DNA from: a virus
Reading direction: 5' to 3' (one strand)
Length of the DNA: 55,311 nucleotides
Virus record (IMG/VR): IMGVR_UViG_3300022700_000082
Location: 1-55,311 of that record
In this document: positions 15,860 through 22,589 of the stretch, in pieces
Layout: each line of letters opens with the position of its first letter
How positions within the stretch are numbered: the first letter of the stretch is position 1
Notes under the pieces: model-generated
The model's database searches: none
The model's input: the letters and a program-made list of their open reading frames with translations, nothing else
Told to the model about the DNA's origin: nothing
Made by a program: the position numbers and the translations under genes

Positions 15860-15894
15860 GGAACAATGAGGAACCCCCTGGAACAACAAGGAAC
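15860..15894 (+). promoter_or_regulatory. four GGAAC pentamers at exact 10-bp spacing, immediately upstream of the sigma54 -24 element
   Basis: GGAAC at 15860, 15870, 15880 and 15890. Copy A has degenerate GGA(C/A/G) at 14719, 14728, 14738 and 14748. The distance from the last repeat to the -24 GG is 15 nt in both copies. Confidence 0.6.
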
Positions 15895-15903
15895 CATAGG
15901 ACA

Positions 15904-15919
15904 TGGCACACCGGTTGCT
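15904..15919 (+). promoter_or_regulatory. sigma54 (RpoN) -24/-12 promoter
   Basis: TGGCACaccggTTGCT. Intergenic, about 43 nt upstream of an SD (ACGGAGG) and the ATG at 15963. Confidence 0.7.
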
Positions 15920-15962
15920 ACTATTGGGCGTACGCAGCAACAAACCAAACGGAGGCAACAAG

Positions 15963-16127
15963 ATGAAGAACCTGCTCAACGACAACAAGATCGACAACCT
16001 GCTGAACCGCATCGAGATCGCCGACGACAACGACCGCTCCTGGATGACCGACGTCGCCACCAGCGATCCATACCACAAGCCCACCGAAGACAACACCCCC
16101 AACTGGCGCATGACGCTGCACGGATAA
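15963..16127 (+). CDS. hypothetical protein (54 aa)
   Basis: Begins MKNLLNDNKIDNLLNRIEIADDNDRSW... First ORF after the second sigma54 promoter. Confidence 0.5.
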   Translation: MKNLLNDNKIDNLLNRIEIADDNDRSWMTDVATSDPYHKPTEDNTPNWRMTLHG

Positions 16128-16138
16128 GGAGAGCAACC

Positions 16139-16348
16139 ATGGAAACATTCCCCGAAATCATGCACCTGATCCTAACCCATCGCACCACGCCCATCGCCGA
16201 AGACAACGCGGGCTACCAAGGGATCGAAGGAGACGGCTTCACGTTCGGCATGGGCCACGACACGCTGGTCATCGACGTCCGATGCGACATGGCCATCATC
16301 CAACTCTTCCGCGACGACGAATACCTGACCCAATGGGAGGTCCGATAA
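16139..16348 (+). CDS. hypothetical protein (69 aa)
   Basis: AAGGAGAG SD upstream. Begins METFPEIMHLIL... Confidence 0.5.
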   Translation: METFPEIMHLILTHRTTPIAEDNAGYQGIEGDGFTFGMGHDTLVIDVRCDMAIIQLFRDDEYLTQWEVR

Positions 16349-16611
16349 TGGCTACCTGCACCTGCGGAAAGAGAATGTCCAAGTACGCGACCGAATGCCG
16401 CGCCTGCGCTAAGGCACACACCCAGCGCCTCCGCGCCGAAGGGCTCGCCATCCTCGCCAAGGGCGTCTGCCCCGACTGCGGCAGGCCGCTCAAGCGCAAC
16501 CTCGCCATCGCCGGATGGTGGCAATGTGAACAATACGGCGCAGACACGCACCGCGCCGACCCCACGCAGCCCAGCTGCAACTGGCAGATCATCATCCCCC
16601 AGGAGGACTGA
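16348..16611 (+). CDS. zinc-ribbon protein (87 aa)
   Basis: CTCG...CRAC and CPDCG...C pairs. The start ATG shares 1 nt with the upstream TAA stop (TAATG). Confidence 0.55.
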   Translation: MATCTCGKRMSKYATECRACAKAHTQRLRAEGLAILAKGVCPDCGRPLKRNLAIAGWWQCEQYGADTHRADPTQPSCNWQIIIPQED

Positions 16612-16613
16612 TC

Positions 16614-16772
16614 ATGACACGCAAAGAAGCACTCATCCGAATCGCCCAAGAGCACATGCGAAAATCAGACGAAAGCCTGTCACCTCGACAAATGGCGAAA
16701 ATCAGACGGCTCCGAGATCAGGTCCAATCCATGCTGCTGCTGCGCGAAACGAGGAGATCTAACCATGCCTGA
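16614..16772 (+). CDS. hypothetical basic helical protein (52 aa)
   Basis: AGGAGGA SD upstream. Absent from the track because it is under 60 aa. Begins MTRKEALIRIAQEHMRKSDE... Confidence 0.45.
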   Translation: MTRKEALIRIAQEHMRKSDESLSPRQMAKIRRLRDQVQSMLLLRETRRSNHA

Positions 16773-16926
16773 ACGGCGACCGCGAACAAACACTGCGTGA
16801 CCAGGTGGTCGCTGCACACAACGCCCTACGGGCCGGAAGATCCTCGGCGAGCCGCGCGGCGTATGACGCTGCATGGATACGGCATAGGCCGGATCCTGAG
16901 CGCCGTCTGCTAGGTCAAAAAAAAGC

Positions 16927-16955
16927 TTTACTTTTGGGCCCAGATAGACTACAAT
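16927..16955 (+). promoter_or_regulatory. sigma70-type promoter TTTACT-N17-TACAAT with upstream A8 tract
   Basis: -35 at 16927-16932, -10 at 16950-16955, and an A-run at ~16917-16924. Lies in a 200-nt intergenic gap. SD GGAGGA and the ATG at 16975 follow. Confidence 0.6.
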
Positions 16956-16974
16956 AAATACTGGAGGAAACCCG

Positions 16975-17193
16975 ATGAAGGAAACTCGCTCAACTATACG
17001 CCCCACCGGACAAGGACACCTGGCAATGAGAATGCTTCTACACGCCGCGCACGGCGAGATGCCCTTCGCCACCCACATAGAAGTCCAGAAGCCCGACGGA
17101 TGGGCGACCTGCTCCGGGAACTACTTCGCGACCGAGGCCGAGGCCCGCCGCGACTACGAGAAGCGCTGCAAACAGATTGGAGTCCGACCGTGA
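16975..17193 (+). CDS. hypothetical protein (72 aa)
   Basis: Good SD; no motif. Confidence 0.55.
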   Translation: MKETRSTIRPTGQGHLAMRMLLHAAHGEMPFATHIEVQKPDGWATCSGNYFATEAEARRDYEKRCKQIGVRP

Positions 17194-17393
17194 CCACCCC
17201 CTTCGAGATCCTCAACCGCGAACTGCAGGACGCCGTCCTGAAGTACGCCGAAGCCGTCGGGCCGTTCCGCGAAGCCGAGACCGAGATTGAGGTGTCCGTC
17301 CAGCATACGCCGACCGAGATCCTCATCTCCCGCGTCGAAGCCCGGACCCGCCTGAGCGAGCCGACCATCCTCCGCCTGGGAGGCCGCCGATGA
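17190..17393 (+). CDS. hypothetical protein (67 aa, GTG start)
   Basis: GTGA overlap with the upstream stop. The ORF's upstream extension to 17100 overlaps the previous gene. Confidence 0.4.
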   Translation: MTTPFEILNRELQDAVLKYAEAVGPFREAETEIEVSVQHTPTEILISRVEARTRLSEPTILRLGGRR

Positions 17394-17485
17394 AACCCTA
17401 CTACGAGGACGGCCGGGCGATTGAGCCGCCGCCGGAATGGAAACGGCAAGTCCAAGGCTCTCGGCGGCACAGCATGAGCCGATAG
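17390..17485 (+). CDS. 31-aa ORF beginning MKPYYEDG (possible N-terminal stub of a beta-class DNA methyltransferase)
   Basis: ATGA overlap with the upstream stop. MKPYYED is a very common N-terminus of phage N6A/N4C methylases, but the rest (RAIEPPPEWKRQ...) does not continue the family. Confidence 0.3.
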   Translation: MKPYYEDGRAIEPPPEWKRQVQGSRRHSMSR

Positions 17486-17504
17486 AGCCATCGAGACGTA
17501 GCCC

Positions 17505-18005
17505 GTGAACTCGTCCAACAGTTCGCTGATCCGCACCGCGCAAGAGATCTGGCGGCAGGACCTGCGCATGCTGCTGGACGAGGGCGGGAAAGCCATGGGC
17601 TATCGCGACCCGTTCTTCCGGCGCGTGGCGTTGCCGATGTGGCTGGCGCGGCGGGAATACCCTTCTGCTGCGCTGGACACATTATGGCGGACGATTGGCG
17701 CATGGCTGTCATGTATTGGATCAAAGGAGCGATGGATGTTGTCGAAAAGTAGTGCCGCGCATAACCGGCGGCTGTTTCTGCTGAAGCAGGTGCCGTTCTT
17801 CGGTGCCGTACTGGCCAAGGACCTGGAGCACATGGACAAGGTGGAACACCGTGTGGGCGATCTGGCTGCGCTTGTGTCGGGCGGAACCGTCCGCAGGTTG
17901 CGTCGCGCAGGGAAGATGCCCAGGTATTCGAAAACGTGGCGAGGTGCGTTTCGTGTGTGGCGTGAGCGGTATATGGATCCGCGCACGAATGAAGTAGGAC
18001 CATGA
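17505..18005 (+). CDS. hypothetical protein (166 aa, GTG start) in lower-GC cassette
   Basis: Longest sense ORF in this stretch. Codon usage is visibly less GC3-biased than in flanking genes. No motif. Confidence 0.4.
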   Translation: MNSSNSSLIRTAQEIWRQDLRMLLDEGGKAMGYRDPFFRRVALPMWLARREYPSAALDTLWRTIGAWLSCIGSKERWMLSKSSAAHNRRLFLLKQVPFFGAVLAKDLEHMDKVEHRVGDLAALVSGGTVRRLRRAGKMPRYSKTWRGAFRVWRERYMDPRTNEVGP

Positions 18006-18684
18006 ATGAGCTGGCTTTATTCGCGGGTGCTGGTGGAGGCATACTCGGCGGCCAACTGCTCGGATGGCGCACCGTCTGCGCTGTCGAAAACGATCCCTAC
18101 GCCGCAAGCGTACTTGTCGCCCGGCAGAATGACGGCGTTCTCCCGCCTTTCCCGATTTGGGATGACGTTCGCACCTTTGACGGACGACCTTGGCGCGGAA
18201 TGTTGATGTGGTTTCGGGCGGGTTCCCATGCCAAGCATTTAGTACGGCGGCTAGAGGGCGAAACACCGCGCATAATCTGTGGCCGCAGATGCTCCGCGTT
18301 ATCGGCGACGTATGCCCACAATTCGTGTTTGCCGAAAACGTCAGCGAAGACGCGATCTGTGAAGCACAAGCCGACCTTGCCTGTGCTGGATACACGGCGA
18401 TCCGTGGCATGGTCGCGGCGGGCGACGTGGGCGCAGACCATCCTCGGGAAAGATGGTGGTTGGCTGCCGACTCCGACCACAAAGGCAAATTGGGCGGCAG
18501 CCTCGATGCAGAAGTGGCCAAGCTCAAGGCGTGCGACAAAGGTGTTTGGTCACCCTACGCCGGAGGTCCACGAATATCTGATGGGGTGGCCCCCAGGGTG
18601 GACAGATTTAAAGCCGTTGGGAACGGGCAAATACCAGTCGTGGCTGCAATCACATGGCAAGTCCTGTCCGGAAGAAAGGATTGA
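18002..18684 (+). pseudogene. C5 cytosine DNA methyltransferase split across two reading frames (frameshift near 18185-18200)
   Basis: The frame starting at 18002 carries motif I LFAGAGGG and motif II CAVENDPYA. The frame from 18190 carries motif IV GGFPCQAFS, motif VI FAENV, motif VIII HPRERWWL and motif X AVGNGQIPVV. The junction reads ...VRTFDGRPW / ARNVDVVSGGFPCQ. Confidence 0.75.
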
Positions 18685-18687
18685 CCG

Positions 18688-19050
18688 ATGAACAAGTGCC
18701 CGGTCTGTAAAGGGCGTGGGGGTTCTCCTGGGATTGCATGCGGCGAGGACAGATGCAAGGACGACAGAGGGCTCTGGAGCAACGCGAACCGGATCCTCTG
18801 CGAACAATACCACGGCCCGCCGCCGGTCGACCCCGACGGGAAGCGGATCGTCTGCCGCCACCTGAACCACGACCTGCGGCTCGAGAACCTGGCCTGGGGG
18901 ACGGACGACTACCGCGAGATGATCCGCCTGCGGGAGACCGGGATGACCTGCCAGGTCGGCTGCTCCGTCGGATACGTCTCCGACATCTGCCGAGGCGGGG
19001 CCGCCGCCTGGGAGACCGAGGACCTGTGGGAGGAGGTCGGCGCCGACTGA
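18688..19050 (+). CDS. HNH-like endonuclease with C-terminal HTH-like segment (tentative)
   Basis: CPVC...C...C N-terminus. IVCRHLNHDLRLENLAWGTDDY resembles the H-N-(N) core of phage HNH enzymes. Starts 4 nt after the methylase stop. Confidence 0.4.
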   Translation: MNKCPVCKGRGGSPGIACGEDRCKDDRGLWSNANRILCEQYHGPPPVDPDGKRIVCRHLNHDLRLENLAWGTDDYREMIRLRETGMTCQVGCSVGYVSDICRGGAAAWETEDLWEEVGAD

Positions 19051-19150
19051 ACAGGGCCCTTCAAAGTCCGGGGCTGCCTGTGAAATTTTGGCCAGGGGAC
19101 CACCACCCCCCATCCCGGCGGGGGGGAGCCGCCCCCCTCGTCCTGGGCGC

Positions 19151-19971
19151 ATCGTTCCTCGCGTTCTGCCCGATCGCGTCGTCCCTCGTTGTTCCCCATC
19201 GTTCCTCGGCCGAGAGCATGTGACGGAGCGAACTCACAATCATTGCCGATCGTTCCCCGTAGGCCCACAGCTCGAGCGATCCTTCCCCATTGTTCCGCAT
19301 ATCACTCGCATCGTTCCTCAGCCCGAGCGATCCGTCCCCTATCGTTTCCAATCGCGAGCGTTGAGGGTCGATCGTTCCTCAGCCTGAGCGATCGTTCCCC
19401 ATAAGGCCCAATCGCGAGCGATCATTCCCCCTGGCGCCCAATCAGGGCACAAGGCAGTGCATGCTGGGCGCGTCGTTCCCGATAAGGGCCCAGCGCTCGG
19501 CGTCGTTCCCCAAAGCGCCCCGTTGTGTAAAAATGGCCACACTCCCCGTTGGTCCTTGTCGTTCCTGCCCTTTTGGCAGGTCGCAGCGTTCCCCATTGTT
19601 CCTCCCCGGATTCAGGCGCGCGCGCGCGAGCCAGAATATGTGGGCGGGGATTAGCTTGTTCCACCTTAGCCCGATTCGTTCCGGCCCTGTTCCGACCTTG
19701 GTGTCACGGTAGGAACGCCCTCAATCAGCCCAAAGCGCGCGCCCCAAGGCAATCTTTCTTCTTTTGTTCCTACCGTTCCTACCAAGAGAAGAAGTTAAGT
19801 AAAGAATGGAAAAACGCGCCCCCTACGCCCTGCGTCGTTCTGCCACGCAACTAGGGCCCCAAGGTCGGAACGGTAGGAACACTTGCATAAGTCGGTTCCG
19901 GATATACACTTGCGCCGTTCTGACCCTTGTTCCGACCTAGTCTAGGTAGGAACGCCCGAAAAGCGGGAACC
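19151..19971. repeat. non-coding array of 25 GTTCC/GGAAC pentamers (consensus ~TCGTTCC[CT]C), helically phased; candidate iteron/ori, pac or regulator-binding region
   Basis: Top-strand GTTCC at 19154, 19191, 19201, 19252, 19292, 19313, 19374, 19394, 19475, 19505, 19561, 19588, 19598, 19658, 19678, 19689, 19766, 19775, 19895 and 19929. GGAAC at 19712, 19867, 19876, 19949 and 19966. There are also about 8 one-mismatch variants. No credible ORF in the region. Confidence 0.85.
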
Positions 19972-20030
19972 CTCGGCGCCTCGGCATCGTATAAGATCCC
20001 GCTGCCCGTCACCACGGAAGGGCGCTCGGA

Positions 20031-20513
20031 ATGGTCGACAACCTGCCTATCAAGTTCGACGCCGACGCGCGCCATCGGTTCCTGCAGTACTACGCTTTGA
20101 CGGGCCAGATCCAGAAGTCGGCTCGTGAGATCGGCATCTCACCTGCGACGGTCCGGCGGGTCGCGAAGCAGGACCCGGCCTTCAAGGAGGCGATGGAGGA
20201 GGCGAAGCAGGACTTCGTCGAGGCGATGGAGCGTGAGGTTGTTCGGCGCGCGGTCATGGGCGTCGACGAGCCGGTCTTCCAGCAGGGCGAGCAGGTCGGC
20301 GAGGTCCGGAAATATTCCGACGCCCTGCTGATGATGCTGATGAAGAAGCTGGATCCGACCTACAAGGAGAAGCACCAGATCGACGTCTCGCTGGGTGGCG
20401 GGATCCTTGCGGTCCCTGCCCAGGAGGCGGAGGATGAGTGGGAGAAGCGGAACTCAATCGACGCGGACTACGCGGTCGTAGATGAGGAGGAGCCCGATGC
20501 AGAAAACGATTGA
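20031..20513 (+). CDS. terS: terminase small subunit (HTH type)
   Basis: HTH SAREIGISPATVRRVAKQDPAFKEAMEEAK followed by ...RKYSDALLMMLMKKLDPTYKEK, the typical small-terminase pattern. Acidic C-terminus. Lies upstream of terL. Confidence 0.8.
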   Translation: MVDNLPIKFDADARHRFLQYYALTGQIQKSAREIGISPATVRRVAKQDPAFKEAMEEAKQDFVEAMEREVVRRAVMGVDEPVFQQGEQVGEVRKYSDALLMMLMKKLDPTYKEKHQIDVSLGGGILAVPAQEAEDEWEKRNSIDADYAVVDEEEPDAEND

Positions 20514-20814
20514 CCTTTTCACAGCCAGCGGGGCCCGCGTTGGTCTTGTCCTGGTGCCCAGCTTCGCTGCGGCTCATGCCCTGGTCCGGCGTCTCGCTCC
20601 GGTCTACCCTGACAAAATAAGCCTGACGCGGCGCAGGCTGGAGTTCGCCGACGGTCGCGTGCTTGCCGTCGGTTCGTACCGGACCGAGAAGGACTACTGG
20701 AAGTTCCTCGGCCACCGCTACGATTTCATCATGCTGATGGACGGCGTCGAGGCCGAGCCCCTGCTGGCGCTCAATTATCGAGCGGAGGTTCACTACCATG
20801 AAAACAAGGCCTGA
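20497..20814 (+). CDS. hypothetical protein resembling the post-Walker-A to Walker-B segment of the TerL ATPase
   Basis: GAGGAGG SD before the ATG at 20497. EKDYWKFLGHRYDFIMLMD compares with TerL ESDYWKYHGHAYPFIAWEE, and FADGRVL with TerL FPDGEKL. No P-loop. Confidence 0.55.
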   Translation: MQKTIDLFTASGARVGLVLVPSFAAAHALVRRLAPVYPDKISLTRRRLEFADGRVLAVGSYRTEKDYWKFLGHRYDFIMLMDGVEAEPLLALNYRAEVHYHENKA

Positions 20815-21109
20815 GGTCGAGATCCAGTACATGCAGCGGATGGACGGTTCGAAGACGTTCTACTTCGAGGTCTGGGTCCGCAGCACGAAACACCCGGAGC
20901 GCAAGTTCGGGTCGATCGTCGACCGCAGCCACGACGAGCGTCGGAACGTCGGCATCGCGGCCGGTGCGCTGGCCGAGCACTGCGGCGAGCTGTTCAACGA
21001 GGAACGCAACCCGGATTCAGCCGCCAACGCTGCCCAGGCAGCGTATGATCGCCTAAATCAACTGAACCCGATCCCGAAGTGGGGCGATGAGAAGCCTATC
21101 AACAGTTGA
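20798..21109 (+). CDS. hypothetical protein (103 aa)
   Basis: ORF between the TerL-like fragment and terL; no motif. Confidence 0.5.
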   Translation: MKTRPEVEIQYMQRMDGSKTFYFEVWVRSTKHPERKFGSIVDRSHDERRNVGIAAGALAEHCGELFNEERNPDSAANAAQAAYDRLNQLNPIPKWGDEKPINS

Positions 21110-22589
21110 GTGGCGTGAGACGCCTGACGGGCTGATCCCGTTCGACGTCGCCACGAAGAAGGAGATCGCCTGGGCGCCGCAGGACGGCAGCCAGGTTGAG
21201 TTTCTGTCGTGCCCGATCTTCGAGTGCCTGTACGAGGGCACGCGCGGTCCTGGAAAAACCGACGCCCTGCTGATGGCCTTCTATATGGAGGTTGGCAAGG
21301 GCTGGGGCTCGGAGTGGCGCGGGATCATTTTCCGGCGGACGTTCCCTGAACTGCGGGACCTCATCGAGAAGAGCCAGAAGTGGTTCAAGAAGATGTGCCC
21401 GGCGGCGCGGTACAACGCCTCCGAACACTGCTGGACGTTCCCGGACGGCGAGAAGCTGTTCCTGGCGCACTATCTACAAGAGTCGGACTATTGGAAATAT
21501 CACGGCCACGCCTATCCGTTCATCGCCTGGGAGGAACTCTGCACCTGGCCGGACGACTCGGGCTACCGGCGGATGATGTCCTGCTGCCGGTCGTCGAAGC
21601 CTGGCATCCCCAAGCGGTATCGGGCGACGGCGAACCCTTACGGGCCTGGACACAACTGGGTGAAGGCCAGGTTCCAACTGCCGATCACCGCCCCGCAGAA
21701 CGGGAACATGGTCGGGCGGGTCATCCGGGACGAGGAGGGCAACCGCGTTGCGATCCACGGCGAGCTGCGGGAGAACAAGGTCCTGCTGTACGCCCAGCCG
21801 GATTATCCGCAGCTGCTGCGGGCGGCGGCGCGCAACGAGGCTGAACTGAAGGCTTGGTTGTATGGGGACTGGAACATCGTGGCGGGTGGGATGTTTGATG
21901 ACGTCTGGGATCAGGGCGTGAATGTGCTGCCTTCGTTCCCGGTCGAACTAGTCCCCGGCGACTGGCGCCTGAGCCGGTCCCACGACTGGGGCCAGAGCAA
22001 ACCCTTCAGCGTCGGCTGGTGGGCGGAGTCGAACGGCAACCGCTTCGAGTACAACGGCGTGATCTACGGACCAGTTCGCGGGGACCTGATCCGCATCGCA
22101 GAATGGTACGGCTGGAACGGGAAACAGAACACGGGGATCCGGATGACTGGCTGGGATGTTGGTCGCGGGATCCTGGAGCGGGAGATCGAGATGGGAATCA
22201 GCGGCCGGGTCTTGAGAGGACCTGCCGATGATTCTATCTTCGACCCCTACGACGGGCAGAAGTCGATCGCCGGTGATATGGCGGCGTCGACCGGGAACCT
22301 GATCCAATGGAACAAGGCCGGGAAGAACCCCGGCAGCAGGAAGCGCGGCTGGGATCGGATGCGGAAGATGATGCTTCATTCCCACCCGAACCCGGACGGA
22401 CCACGGGAACACCCTGGCTTCTTCATCCTGGATCGCTGCGATAACTTCTCACGGACGGTCCCGGTGTTGAGCCGGTCAAATAAGGACCTCGACGACATCG
22501 ACACCGAGACCGAGGACCACATCGCTGACGAGGCAAGGTACAAGGTAATGGAACGCAAGATGCAGATCCAGACAGGGAGCTTCAAATGA
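21087..22589 (+). CDS. terL: terminase large subunit
   Basis: Walker A-like GTRGPGKTD and Walker B FIAWEEL. Nuclease-domain motifs HDWGQSKPFSVGWW and DIDTETEDHIADEARY. 500 aa. Confidence 0.9.
   Translation: MRSLSTVEWRETPDGLIPFDVATKKEIAWAPQDGSQVEFLSCPIFECLYEGTRGPGKTDALLMAFYMEVGKGWGSEWRGIIFRRTFPELRDLIEKSQKWFKKMCPAARYNASEHCWTFPDGEKLFLAHYLQESDYWKYHGHAYPFIAWEELCTWPDDSGYRRMMSCCRSSKPGIPKRYRATANPYGPGHNWVKARFQLPITAPQNGNMVGRVIRDEEGNRVAIHGELRENKVLLYAQPDYPQLLRAAARNEAELKAWLYGDWNIVAGGMFDDVWDQGVNVLPSFPVELVPGDWRLSRSHDWGQSKPFSVGWWAESNGNRFEYNGVIYGPVRGDLIRIAEWYGWNGKQNTGIRMTGWDVGRGILEREIEMGISGRVLRGPADDSIFDPYDGQKSIAGDMAASTGNLIQWNKAGKNPGSRKRGWDRMRKMMLHSHPNPDGPREHPGFFILDRCDNFSRTVPVLSRSNKDLDDIDTETEDHIADEARYKVMERKMQIQTGSFK

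Larger units (their letters stand above)
15789..15965 (+). repeat. copy B of the duplicated ~175-nt regulatory cassette
   Basis: See copy A (14648..14821). Confidence 0.8.

Noticed and set aside
14984-16165. A 393-aa minus-strand ORF with (AVAG)n repeats
   Set aside because: It is the antisense reading of the GGCTACGGCTCCGGCGAC repeat and of several + strand genes and promoters. It spans intergenic regulatory DNA, which is implausible for a gene.
17021-17036. A third sigma54-like site, TGGCAAtgagaATGCT
   Set aside because: The GG-N10-GC spacing is correct, but it deviates at two further consensus positions. It lies 46 nt inside the CDS 16975..17193, with no downstream start nearby. This is probably chance.
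19095-19140. C7/G7/C6 homopolymer runs (ccaccaccccccc...cggcggggggg...gcccccc) as a terminator or G-quadruplex
   Set aside because: They could form a G/C hairpin after the HNH-like gene, but there is no U-tract and there are too few G-runs for a canonical quadruplex. Noted only as the left border of the non-coding region.
19151-19971. The repeat-rich non-coding region as a CRISPR array
   Set aside because: The repeats are only ~5-10 bp, irregularly spaced, partly inverted, and lack uniform spacers. No cas genes are present.
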